A stretch of 64,000 nucleotides of DNA. It comes from Paraspadella gotoi. Its lineage: Eukaryota > Animalia > Chaetognatha. A program made the translations under genes and the position numbers. Of the stretch, positions 23,250-35,719 are shown piece by piece; position 1 is the stretch's first letter; the number at the start of each line of letters is the position of its first letter. A model generated the notes under the pieces. It was not told the origin of the DNA. It saw only the letters and a list, made by a program, of their open reading frames with translations, and made no database searches. Location of the stretch: NCBI GenBank assembly GCA_051294375.1, contig JBJCIZ010000282.1, positions 50,494 to 114,493 on the forward strand, written 5' to 3'.

Positions 23250-25540
23250 ATTTTGTATTCGCCGTTTTTGATTTTTGCATCGTTCAGGAAATTCAGCCCC
23301 GGTGTCGATTTAATTTCCTCTACTAGTGTTTCTAGGGCTTTTCTGTGTTCGTCTCTGAATTCGAAGTCTTTCCTGTCGACCAGGGTTAGCGCGTGGAGGG
23401 GCTGTGCTAGGTACGAGAATCGGTGCGTGAAGCACCTGTAGTAATTTAGCGACGCTAATAGCGCGCGTAGTTCTTTTTGCGTCTTGATCTCTTTCAGTCT
23501 CAGCTCTGCTTGCTCAAGCTTTTCCTTTTGGGGTTTTAGTTTGTCCTTCGAGATGCTGAAGCCTAGGATCTTGATGTTGTCTTTCCTCAAGAGGACGCTT
23601 TTTGTCCACTTGAGGACCACGTTCTTTTCCCTGCAGATTTTCAAGGAATTCTCTCAACCTGTCTGCCATTTCTTTCGGTGACTTTGCTGTGAGGATTAAG
23701 ATCGTCACGTATTGTCTAGCCAGCCATCTGGCGCCCTTGAGGGGCGATCTGCTTATATTTTTGAAAGGTGGGTTGACTTGAGTTTGCCATTCATATTTGA
23801 GCTACCTGGGTAGCCACTTTGTCGTTCGGTATAGTCACTACCCCCACATTTCGTTGCTGGGCCCGGGGTCGGTCGTCGCGGTGCCCAGGATGACGTCCCT
23901 GTCTTCTGCATCGGGTGAGATGAAGAATACTGTGTCCAGGATCCAGTTCTCAAGTTTAGCCTTTCTCTTATAGTAATCGGCCCATTTCCTGTTGTTACTC
24001 TGAGTGGGGTTCCGCTATATATCTTATTCGTCAGCGACCATTCGTCTACGAATTTTCTCGGTATCGTGTTTATGGAGGCGCCAGTGTCGTGTAGGCAACT
24101 GGCCGGGGCTCCATTTATTACTGCTGGGATGTAGTTGTTTCCCGCGTGCGTGAAGCCTTTACCCGTATCGTCCCTCGGTTTTGGACCATTTGTTTTACCT
24201 GTTGGACGAGGCGCCTCTGGCGGCGAGTCGGGTAAGCGCGGGGGCATTTGTTCATCCCTTCTAGATTCTTCCTTTGTGACGGGCAGCGTGAGCGTTTCGG
24301 GTTCATGGCATAGGCGTTCGATCCTCCTGATCGTCTCCCGGTGCAGGGACTCGCCCTGGTTTGTTCCAACGATTGTGTAAGAAGAGGAGAGATCAGGCAT
24401 TAATTTTGTATTTCGCCGGTTTTTGATTTTTTGCATTCGTTCAGGAAATTCAGCCCCGGGTGTCGATTTAATTTCCTCTACTAGTGTTTCTAGGGCTTTT
24501 CTGTGTTCGGTCTCTGAATTCGAAGTCTTTCCTGTCGACCAGGGTTAGCGCGTGGAGGGGCTGGCGCTAGGTACGGAGAATCGGTGCGTGAAGCACCTGT
24601 AGTAATTTAGCGAACGCTAAATAGCGCGCGTAGTTCTTTTTTGCGTCTTGATCTCTTTCAGTCTCAGCTCTGCTTGCTCAAGCTTTTCTTTTGGGTTTTA
24701 GTTTGTCCTTCGAGATGCTGAAGCCTAGGATCTTGATGTTGTCTTTCCTCAAGAGGACGCTTTTTTGTCCACTTGAGGACCACGTTCTTTCCTGCAGATT
24801 TCAAGGGAATTCTCTCAGCCTGTCTGCCATTTCTTCCGGTGATTTCGCTGTGAGGATTAGATCGTCACGTATTGTCTAGGCCAGCCATCTGGCGGCCCTG
24901 AGGGCGATCTGCTTATTTTTGAAAGGTGGGTGACTGGTTTGCCATTCATATGAGCTACCTGGGTGCCATTTTGTCGTTCGAGTAGCTACCACATTTCGTT
25001 GCTGGGCCCGGGGTCGGTCGTCGCGGTGCCCAGATGTGACGTCCCTGTCTTCTGCATCGGGTGAGAATGAAGAATACTGTGTCCAGGATCCAGTTTCTCA
25101 AGTTTAGCCTTTTTCTCTTATAGTAATCGGCCCATTTCCTGTTGTTACTCTGAGTGGGGTTCCGCTATATATCTTATTCGTCAGCGACCATTCGTCTACG
25201 ATTTTCTCGGTATCCGTGTTTATGGAGGCGCCAGTGTCGTGTAGGCAACTGGCCGGGGCTCCATTTATTACTGCTGGGAATGTTAGTTGTTTCCCGCGTG
25301 CGTGAAGCCTTTACCCGTATCGTCCGCTCGGTTTTGGACCATTTGTTTTACACCTGTTGGAACGAGGCGCCTCTGGCGGCGAAGTCGGGTAAGCGGCGGG
25401 GGCATTTGTTCATCCCTTCTAGATTCTTCTTTGTGAGCGGGCAGCGTGAGCGTTTCGGGTTCATGGCATAGGCGTTCGATCCTCCTGATCGTCTCCCGGT
25501 GCAGGGACTCGCGCCTGGTTTGTTCCAACGATTGTGTAAG
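23250..25540. repeat. ~1.15-kb tandem duplication (23250-24380, 24400-25540) of the PR-RT region
   Basis: Near-identical copies; the second differs mainly by many 1-bp indels. Confidence 0.9.
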
Positions 25541-25599
25541 TCGGGTTGTAAATCATTCTTCTTGACCTTATTCCACTGAATTCCACGAAAGTTCTGAGT

Positions 25600-27680
25600 C
25601 TCGCTTTGGCTTTGTTTTGGCTTTGGTCTAAACTGCCTCGTCCTGCGGAGGTGTTGGCGGCGGGAGGCGGCGTTTCCTTTGGCTGCCGTTTTCACGGTTC
25701 GTCGCCTTCTTGCAGAGTTTTTCGGCATGCTTTTAAGCGTTTTACATTGTGCGAATTTGTCCTTCACGGAGAAGCTTTTCCATGGGACCTCAGATTCCTT
25801 AACTAATGGCCGTGGCCAACAGGTGTCTGTCTCGAACGCCTAGTGGGGCGAATAACTTGTACAGTCTAGCTGCTGCGTCTTTGCCCCTGGAAATTTGAAT
25901 CGCTGTCTTGGCGCAGTCGGCGAATTTCGCCAGGGCATCAGACGGTTGCCACTTTCTTGCGGGCGTTTTTGATTCTGTCAGGCGGCGTCGTTTGCTAGCT
26001 TTGCCGCTTTGGCCCTTTCCAGGGGCTTTCCTTTCTCTGACTTTGGGCATGGTAATAATAAGTAATTGTCTAATTCGTCAGTTACAACTGCGTCTCTGCG
26101 TCCTAAATTCAAATTTATCCGTCGGAAATTTCTGTCCGTGCGGGCCTGCCTGCCTTGGCCAGCGTTTGTCGTTCCCCCCATCCAATCTGTCGCGCCACTT
26201 GGGGCGTCTAGTGGTCTGCTAGGTTGGTGTCCTCTCCATCTTCCGTCGTCCTTCTTGGTTTCGGACAGCCCTTTGGATGGCGCCGACATGCTTTTGGTGA
26301 GCTTCTCATGAGTTCACGCGCGTATTGTTTGGCTTCTTGCAAATCGCGCCTTGGTAGAGGGCGTTGCGCCCTCTCGGGCAGGGTTTTTGTCGCTCAGCCG
26401 CCTTTTTCAGGAGCGAGTCCGTGAGGATTTGACGATCGTTGTCCTTCACTGGAATTTATTGAAACGACCGAGCGGTGCCTTCTGATTTAATACCCATAAG
26501 TTTCCAGCCATCCTTCGTTAGGATCCACTCTATTTCTTTCCCTAATTCCCGGCGTTCCGCAGTGTCGATAAGTTTCCTGAATTTGAGGACTTCCCTCGAT
26601 ATACCCCGGGGCGTACGGGTCCAATGCCTTAGTCAGCAGACGGGCTAACATGGCGTGAGACTGGCGTCTCGCTCCTCCGGCGCGACGCAGTCGAACTTCT
26701 TGTAGATTGAATTGACGAGTGGGAGTCCCGTATTCAGAGTGTTCCTTTGGGTCTACCTTCAACCACTATCTTCTCGGCTTATTTCCGCCGCTGTGACTGA
26801 CGATTCCTTGCACATCGATTCAAGGCCTTTCCATAGGCTGCCGTCTATGGGGTCGACGTACCAATTTGCCTCTTCGTCGCGGGCGAGGACGGCCTGTAGT
26901 TGCTCGTTTTAACTCGTCTCTATCGTCGAAGTCGGCAGTTCTTAAGGTTCCTGTAGATGCCGCGCAGGAATTCAATTGGCTTTCTCTCCTTCGCGTCGTC
27001 CTATCGCCCATCCCTTTAATTTGCGCCGTGAGAGGTCGGTTGGCAAAATCGGAGCGTGGAGCCAGGTTGTCTGGGCGTTTGCCTCGCGTGGATGCCCTTC
27101 TTCGGCGGTCTCACGTCGGAGAGTAGGCGTGCCGGGACCCTCTTTCTCGCCGGCGTTGTGGCGAGGCTCCACTGGCTTGGCAGGTTTGGCCATCTTTCGA
27201 GCGAGGAGCGCTGGTTTCGGCGGCCCCTTGGCAGGATTCCAGCCGCGGCGGCGGCGGAACTCACTCTGTTGTCGTTTATCAAGGCTAACATTTCGGGTGA
27301 TAGCGGCCTTTGCATGTTGCTCTTTTTACCACTTCGCAATTCTTCGTAGGTGTTATTGTCGCAGATTTAGAAGATGCGGTTTTCCATGTGCTTCATGCGG
27401 ACTTCGCTGAGCGGCAGCGCCCTTCGGTCGTCGTCGCGAGCATTGATTTGTGTCAGCCCGGCAAGTCTCGTTCGTACATCGTTGATGGGGGCTGCGTCCT
27501 GCGTCATAATAGACGACCCATTCCGGTTCGTGCTAATCCAAAGTAGTCCCCCCATGCCCTAGCATGGCGTCCTGACGGTTTTTCTCATACCTCCGGTGCC
27601 AGCGGTGGAGTTGCAGCGGCGGGGTATCGATTCTTGTGCTAGCCCCCTTTCCTCACCTTTGCCGAGTAGTTTTGCCATGT
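25600..27680 (-). pseudogene. gag: Frameshifted gag region of Gypsy copy A
   Basis: KVDPKEHSEYG..LLTKALDP and RGKDAAARLYKLFAPL match 44700-45660 (+) EVDPQIHAKYG..LVEALEP and RGKSTASRMYKLFRPL. Confidence 0.65.
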
Positions 27681-28523
27681 CACCAGGATGAATGAGCGTG
27701 ATATCGGTTTTTGGCTCAATCTTTTTTAGGTGAAGAGGGCCGGNNNNNNNNNNNNNNNNNNNNNNNNNGAGAGGGCCCGAATGGTTTACTTTTATTTCTA
27801 TTTTATTTATTTATTTTTTTGTTTTTCTTTTCGCGAGTTAATCCGGTAGTGGCGTTGAGTTCGCTGGAGAAAGAAACCGCGTTTATTGTTTTCGTGTTGG
27901 CATCGTCGTGATTCGACTCCCCACTCCTCCGAAGAGACTTAATTGAAAAACTACGATATCGTACTCGAAAAACTACGCTACCCTATTCGAAAAATTACGT
28001 CAACTCCCGTTCCCGAAAATCCTTCCAATCCCAAATAAACTTATTCAAAAATAAAAAAGATAAAAAACAACGGCGAAACAGAAAAAAAAATTAATACAAA
28101 GTTTTCTCCTTTAACGGCCTCTTCTTAATAATTAAAATAAACATCTTTAACTTTGAAATAAAAACACTTTTTTTGCGAAATCAGGAGTGCGTGCTACGTA
28201 GCCCGAGTGCAAAAAAAAAAAAACAAAAAAAAAAACAAAAATCAAACTAAATATCCCTCTCCGCTCAGCAAAAAAAAAAAAAAAAAAAAAGAGGCCATTT
28301 TCGTTAAGACAAATTAAAAATACATACCATTTCCCTATCTTTCCAACCGATTTCCCCTCCGTTCAAATTCCTCGTGCTTTGGACTACGTCGTCACGTGAC
28401 CCAGCATCCCTTACAAACAAAGAAAACTGAATCGAACGTTCTCCCTCTGCCCTCGAAAATCCTCGCTGCCCAGTCCATCGCTCTTGACCGAATTCGAGAG
28501 AAAATCGAAAAAGATCATCGATC

Positions 28524-28554
<31 letters not shown>

Positions 28555-28614
28555 CTCTCCTCTCCTCTCGAACCCCTCAAAAACAAAAACTGAAAACAAA
28601 TCATTCTAAATAAA

Positions 28615-29208
28615 ATGGCCAGAACAGTAAAAATAATGGTCCAATTTGAAACTGCGGCCTCCAGGCTTATTACTCACCCACCACCCTATTCTATTCCCAC
28701 GCCACAAGCCAATGAAGATGAAATGATTTCTAAGAGATGCGACCTATATTATAGGTATTATTCAGCCCCTACCACATTTGATGGACCGCACACAGGGATA
28801 GTAAAGCTATTCAAAAATAAATTAACTCATGAGGCTCGACTTTCATTTAGGAGCCCAAGTACCTCATATGACCTCACAGTTGAATCAAAAACCCAACCTT
28901 GGAAAATGGACATTGTACCTATTCAATCAAAGTCAAACTCCACAAATTTGAAAACATGTTATTTAATCCGGCCAGAAAAGAATTATGATGTCTACATAAA
29001 ATGTTATGAAATTGAAGATGGAAAGATTTTTAAAGCAGAGTTTGAGCGCTTATCTCGAGAAAGGGAAGAAATAGAAAAAGAAATTGAACAAGAGGAAATG
29101 AGAAGAAAAATACAGATAGAAGAAGAAAAAGAAGAGCAAATGCAAAAGAAAGAGATGAAGATTTTCAAAAGTGGAAAGAGAATGAAAAAAAAATTGGAAA
29201 GAATTTGA
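28615..29208 (+). CDS. Intronless ORF: divergent RanBD/PH-fold domain plus coiled coil; decayed continuation to ~30120 with TQT motifs
   Basis: NEDEMISKRCDLYYR..TGIVKLFKNK..ARLSFR..IKCYEIEDGKIFKAEFE aligns by eye with RanBP1 EEELFKMRAKLFRF..TGDVKLLKHK..IRLLMR..IRFLNAENAQKFKTKFE. Confidence 0.6.
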   Translation: MARTVKIMVQFETAASRLITHPPPYSIPTPQANEDEMISKRCDLYYRYYSAPTTFDGPHTGIVKLFKNKLTHEARLSFRSPSTSYDLTVESKTQPWKMDIVPIQSKSNSTNLKTCYLIRPEKNYDVYIKCYEIEDGKIFKAEFERLSREREEIEKEIEQEEMRRKIQIEEEKEEQMQKKEMKIFKSGKRMKKKLERI

Positions 29209-30775
29209 AAAATTATACAAGTCAGATATGAGATGATTGAAAACCTTATAGCCACAACCTTCCTAAAGAACTAATGGAAGATAGCACTAATCCGTTTCAA
29301 CAGCACTGGTGGAAACTTCGCCTAGAAGGACTCGAACAATTTAAAGTATTATATGAAACTAGAAAATCATTAAATTGTTACAAAAGGGAGGATGAACTCA
29401 AGACATTCTTTTAAATCTACATAAAGGATTATTTGGGGAAGCAATAGAAGATTCGGATAAGGCATTTGAAAGTTTAAAAGGCGCAAAAGGAATATCTTAC
29501 CTTCATTAGAAACCAGTCTATTAGATTAAAATCTGAGAGTCATCAGCCTGACAGCCAAGAAGAAAGAAACTGTTTAATTAAAATTGCAAAAAACATGGTT
29601 AAGATCGGCCTGATCCAAGACCCTGAAGGCAATGATGCCAACATCACTAGAGATCTTATCAAGTGGAAAGACTGGATTAAAACAGCAAATCAATCAGATG
29701 TTCCACTACCCCCTTTCCAATGGAGCTAGGAACAACAGAACAACAAACTGAGGAAACAAAAAGAAAAAAGCAGAGGTTCACCATGAAAAAAATAATTAAG
29801 AAGAAGAAGAAAAAGCCGAATACAAGCAAGGAGAAAATGACTCGTCAAAGAAATTTCTGTAAGGTCCATGAGAGATACTGGTACTGATACCTTAAGAACT
29901 TCTACAAAAAAAGATGCAGAAACACAAACTATTGACTTCCAACTGTTTGAAGAAACAACAACACCTGCAAGGTCTAATTCTGCATCACAAACAGAAGCTG
30001 AAAAATTAACTCCAACAATGTCCAATTCAGCATCGCAAACAGAGACACACACAGTAGAAAATGGCACAAAATTCCAGACTTATCCAGGCTGGTTAAAGCT
30101 CTTAATGATCACTAGATGAACTTCTTTTCTTCACCGAAGTTTAAGTGCTAATACCCAAGAGAAAAAAGACCAGAATGAACAGCAAATTCCAAAATGTTAC
30201 AATAAATTACAACTTACAAAAATGAGGCCAAGAAACAAAAGAAAATATCTCAGATAACAGCAAAAATCAAAGTAGAGAGAGCTGCATTAACAATAATAAA
30301 CTAAATTTCACCCCTCTCAACATAGTTCAGGGACTCTCATTTTCCCACTCAAAATGCCCAAATGAAAGCCTTAGAAGAAAAGATTAATTCCCTTGCTTCA
30401 GATTTTGCCCAATTTGACAAAAAGCTTTATATCCAACCAAAGCATTTTAAGCCACGCCCCAGACCATACTCATTCAACCTACGGTGTAAACCGCCTTTTC
30501 GTGATTGCAAAACCCATTTGTGCACCACTTACAAGCAAATCAACATTCAACCAGCCAAAGGAATATTCCAAACTAATGGAACTGAAAATTGAGCCACCTC
30601 ATCCAAGACCCCTGCTGTTTTTCTCAAGACCAAAAAATAACCATCATTTCCTGTCAGACACATGCCATTTCAGGACAAGGAACTGTTAGCTACTCGCACC
30701 CACACACCTGGAGATGTGTAGATGGACACAGCAAAGACTCGTCTGGTGTTCTAAGACCCACCGCCCTCGTCGACT

Positions 30776-31175
30776 AGAGAGGGGGTGACATCAACGGAAT
30801 GGACCTATAAACGGACTTGGTTGGCCTAGTGATGTGATTGCTCGTCTCCTTCACGAATCATCAGAATACCGACGAATCACAGACCTTACTTCAACCTTAG
30901 AATGACCAATGACCGACAGAGGAACCGACGGAGGGATTGATGGTCAAAATTGCTAAGAGAACTCTAGGCATTCACCTCTACACCAAACTCAAGAAAGAAC
31001 TCTTCTTCAAATAATTATTGAACTTTTAATATTGTCATCACCTTTGTCTTAACCTTTGTCATCGTGTCATCGTTACCTATGTCATCACCCTAATCATTGT
31101 CCGTCATTAAATAAAACTTGTCAACCAAATACTTTGCCACTTATTATTTACCCTCGTTATTTGACTAAACGTCAC
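30776..31175 (+). mobile_element. PPT plus 3' LTR (~390 bp) closing the RanBD-ORF segment
   Basis: AGAGAGGGGG then TGACA...GTCA(31174), AATAAA ~31110; pre-LTR motif shared with the end of Gypsy copy A. Confidence 0.65.
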
Positions 31176-31509
31176 GCTGGAAATCAATTTTCGATGGGAA
31201 TCGTCTGAGTGGAAATGATTTTAAATGGAACTATTAAACATATTGTTTTTAAAGAGAGAGAGAGAGAGAGAGAGACAAAAAAATAACTGTTACATTTAAA
31301 AAACGGATTGATCTATTTAAAACCAATAAATAATGCTTTATTTAATATACATAGCAAAATCAAATCATTTCAAGAAAATCAGTTTTGTTGTGTAAATTTG
31401 GAACAACATGTCGTGCATGGCAACGAGCAAAAACATAACCATCGCGTCGCTCTGCACCATAAACCTGGGTGGATGCAATCAAAACTTCTCTAATCTTTTA
31501 ACACTCTGC

Positions 31510-33625
31510 GTATTAGAGTGATGTGAAAATGATAAAATTTTAGAAAATTAAAATTTAGCATATAAAACATAAACATAAAAACCAATAAAAATCTTTTGGT
31601 AAATTTATTTTTTTAATTTTATACATTACGCGTATAGCAGGGAATATGAGCAATTTCAAATGGTTTTTGTACAATTTTAGATCATCCTTTGAAAAATCTG
31701 CAGTAAGGATGGGCTCATAAGAATCGTTCCAATCTATAAAAGGGTGGTCAAGACTAATTCAGAATGTGCTTGCCAGGCACCATCGTTAACCCTTTTTTGC
31801 ACTACCGATCGCATATCCTCTGGCAAGACATCGCGAAATAATTTTATTTCTTTAAAAACGTGTGAGGGGCCATTTAAAAATGACGGATTACATTTGATTG
31901 TAAACAACAACGGATAGTATAAAAGAATAATGTGGGTTACAATCAACTCAATGTTCCGTTTAATTTTCTTGAAACAAGTTTGAGCAAACAATGTCGGATC
32001 TGCCCACGATCATTATCGGTAATTAATTCATTAATAATTAAATAATTCAAGTTAATTAATTAAGCAATTAATTAATTAATTTGATCCCAAATGTTTGTTT
32101 TTAGGTCCTTTCGTCACTAACCACGATAAAAGCAATGACGACGATTAGAATAATGTCGATAACAATTGACTTGATTGATTGACTGATTAATTAATTATTG
32201 ATTAATTAATTGGTAGTCGCAGGATTGGGCCCACGTATTATTGAGCCCATAAAATTGCGCCCCAAGGATTGCACCCACGTAGCATTGCGCCCACATAGAA
32301 TTGCACCCATAGTATTCCGCCCACGTAAGATTGCGCCCACATGGGATTCCGCCCTGTAGGATTCCGCCCACGTAAAATTGCGCCCACCTAAGACTGCGCC
32401 CGTAGAATTGCGCCCATAGTATTGCGCCCATAGTATTGCGCCCAAAGGATTGTACCCCTGTTGCATTCCACCCACTTAGCATTGGGCCCGAAGGATTGAG
32501 CCCATAGTATTGCGCCCATAGAATTGAACCCACAAAGGATTGGGCCCACGTAGGATTCCGCCCATAGTATTATTGAGCCCACATAGGAACCTTAAACTGG
32601 AAATCAAGTTTCGATAGAATCGTTTGAGTGGAAATGAGTTTAAATGGAAAAAAACAAAAAACCTGTTTCACTAATTGATAATGCTTCTTTTTCCTTTTAT
32701 ATTAAATGTAAATGCAGGATGTAATAATAAATCAAATAATTAATCAATTAATTAATCAATAGTCAGGTTAAAAACTTAAAATTTGAGACCTGAAGTTCAC
32801 GGTCAGTATGAACGTGATGAAAGTCCGGAGAAGTATCGTCTCCTTGAGCATCTGCAACATCACCTTCCGCCGAGTCAAACGCTTCAACCCGCTAGTTTAG
32901 TTCATCTTCGCGCATCTCTTGCATCCTCAGTCTCTTTTATTTTGCAAAGATTTTCTTCAATTTTTGCTTTAGATTTTGCGCCATTCGTTTTTATTCAACG
33001 ATGTCAGTCGAGCCGATTTGAAATGCTCCTTTAGAGCCCGTCTTTTCCATCTGATCGTGAATGAAGGGGAGCTCCAAAGCAAGGATCTTAAAAGGTTGTT
33101 TAAATATTTACTTTTTTACCACATAATGTAAATCCTTTAAATATCATACCTTCTGTTCTCTGGGACCAGAGCACGAGATGTGCACCTGCTGACATGCATC
33201 ATTGTTGCACTTAGCTTTTTCACATGAAATGAAGAGGCAGGGACAGCGGAGAATTGTAAAAAGTTTATCCAGACGATTGAAAAAATGGCCACTAGTCAAT
33301 TTCTTTCCTTTTTTCCCGCGACTGATGACAGAATATCCCAATTTCGTTTTATCTTTAAAATGATTCTAGCGTCATTCAATCGCACATTTTCTTTAACGAG
33401 ATTGACATTAGCTCGAGCCCATTTTTCTACGATCATTTTGGTGACGCTTTCAATGACGAAAAATGTTTTATGCTGGATGACGTTTCGTTCTTTCAGCAGT
33501 AAAAATTGCTGAAGTACATCGCGAAGTGTTGGAAGATCAGAAACTGGAAGTGGTTTAGAAGGCCCGATAGTTTCTGAGAAGTTAGCCCAAATATGAGAAA
33601 CCTTTATTTCTTAGTGGTCGCCATC
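31510..33625 (-). pseudogene. Fragmented hAT-superfamily (hATm-like) transposase with an intron
   Basis: LPTLRDVL..WARA..LDKLFTILRCPC..C..EQK|ILALELPFIHDQ (GT-AG intron 33087-33149); YYPLLF..AWQAHSELVL 31734-31960; TTAGAGTG terminus-like motif ~31513. Confidence 0.6.
32220..32585. repeat. ~16-17 bp minisatellite (attgcgcccacatagr)
   Basis: About 20 tandem degenerate units. Confidence 0.9.
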
Positions 33626-35719
33626 TTGATGTCAAGTGTCAACTTTCATCCGAGCCTTCAACTTCAGCTTCCTCCACTGCATGCGGTCAAGCGCTCTCTC
33701 TCTCTCTTTCTCTGTTTTTTTCATTCTTTCTATATCTCTTCATGCATTCGATCGCTGTCATCAGGTCAAATCGATCGTGCTCACTCTCTCTATCTCTCTC
33801 TTACACATACACACACTCCCAAAACACAAATATTTATATTTATTTATATAATTATCATTATTTTTCCTATAAACTAAAGCTCGGTCCCACACTATTTTTT
33901 AAGTTTTCTCTTAATTTTTTTGCATCAAACAAGCTTTAGAAATCGCTTCGGGCGATAACAAGACGTTTTCATGGAAAAAATTAATTATCACCATTAAATT
34001 CTACAGACATGATTACAGGAAAATCGCGATGAATGAAATCCAATATCTCATATTTTGTTACTTTTAAATGCTTTATTCCACAGTGTTTGCTTACGCTTTC
34101 CAAATCGCGTCCACATCTCTGATCGTTTTAGAAAACATTTTTTGTAATAAGCCATTGATCATATAGATTCTTGGTTAAAATAGTCTTCTTAAGAAGAAGC
34201 AACAACATTTTTAAAGCGTTTAATAATTTTCAATATCTCGCCATTTTTTTTAGAATATAAGACTGATTAATTATTTTATTCTTCTCTTTTCTCGCTATTC
34301 CTTTCCGTTCAGCAACAGTTGAAACCTTTCATTACGACAATGGATTCCAATTGTTAAAAGGTAAAAAAAAGAACTTTTTCATTGTCCCATGGCTTCTTTT
34401 GTTTCCAACTGATGCCACTGTTTCAAGAGAATGAGTTCCTAATCAACACGAGACAATCCTTTAATGTCGGCGTCTGGCTCTTTTATGTTCTTTCTTTTTC
34501 ATTTTCTTCTATTCCTTTTTAGTTGCGTCGCGGAGCATCTTAATTTAAATCACTTATTGGTCAGTCGGTTAGTTAATATGTCTGTCTGTTGTTCTCTCCC
34601 AATAATGTTAAAATGCTAATAACTTTGGAAAGACTTTATTAAATTAGTTCATATTTGGTAGGAAGTTATGGTACTATACGTGAATAAGTATCATACTTGT
34701 GCTTTTATGAAAATTTGAAAATTACTTGTTTCACTATTTTCTATTTTTCTAATTAATATTTTAATATTTTTATGAAGGATTTAGTAATTAATCTTTATTA
34801 TTTAATCAAACATATATTGCTTTCTTTTTTTAAAAAATGTTTTATTTATATAATAATTCAATTTGGGAAGGGGGAAGTCAGTGTTGTCTTCTGGAAATAG
34901 AGGGAGCATCTATACAACACAAGGTTAGATTACTATCTGTCCTAGTTTTCTAATAGATATCACACATCATTTCTGTTAGAAAGTCATTAATGAAAAATCA
35001 TAATATCTAAGAGGCTGAACAGAAAGGGGTGGGAATGGATAATTTTAGGGGGGACCAACGTTATATATGATTTTTTTTACCAATAGGGATAAGACTACCA
35101 TGTAGAATTGTATGTTCTGATAGGGATACATACTGGGGAAGGTCTATAGGGGCACCTTTATGTCATGAATATAATTTTTAAAATACTTTATGAAAATTTT
35201 ATTTTTCTTTGTCCTATTTTTTAATTATTTTTTTCTTTGAATATTTTTTATCATTTATGTTTTACAATGGGAAGGTCATCAGTTGGGAACCTATACCCTT
35301 CATGGATTTCGGCTCTTTAATCCCAATATCCAGGTATAGGCGAGCCATCACCAAATGGTGATCCTCCGTTGTTGCTTATCTTATATTTTAAAGGTATATT
35401 TTGAATGTTTATCTTAAACAGACCAAAACCCTGGCATCACAGCATTATTAATTTTAGAGAAATTTATTAAGGTTTTGTAATAATTTGTAAATTATAAATA
35501 ATTTAAATAAGTTAAATAATTAGTTAAATATAAGTTAGATATTAATGGTATGTTAATGTTAAAGTTAACATAAAGTTAATTAGTAAAAAATTAAAAAATA
35601 AGTTAAATCAAAGAGTTAAATAAGTTAAATAAGTTATTTAAATAATATTGTTGATGTTATTATTATTATTATTATTATTTAGTGGTATAATTTTGTTAAT
35701 TTTTTCCTTATTATTTTTA

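Larger units (their letters stand above)
12084..27700 (-). mobile_element. Decayed Ty3/Gypsy element with gag, PR, partial RT, RH, OTU-like domain, IN and env (copy A)
   Basis: PR LHDTGAS ~24090; RT thumb/RH 23009-23700 (YADAS..PLSFHSK..ILET..VTDS); IN 20492-21967 (H..LGHPG..C.RC, SIDV, FDGA, AER, YTGPH); env pieces; many frameshifts; most RT palm deleted. Confidence 0.9.

Noticed and set aside
24400-25540. Second PR-RT copy as a biological duplication
   Set aside because: Differs from 23250-24380 mostly by scattered 1-bp indels, typical of an unpolished read overlap; likely an assembly artefact
27908-27932. Degenerate tRNA-Leu PBS for Gypsy copy A
   Set aside because: aggagtggggagtcgaatc resembles it, but TGG is missing and no matching 5' LTR adjoins
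30786-31175. Right LTR as the 5' LTR of Gypsy copy A
   Set aside because: Body not similar to 12084-12457, PPT and AATAAA orient it on +, and no PBS follows on -
32220-32585. CRISPR-like array (also 43030, 51254, 59835)
   Set aside because: Contiguous tandem units without unique spacers, no cas genes, eukaryotic context
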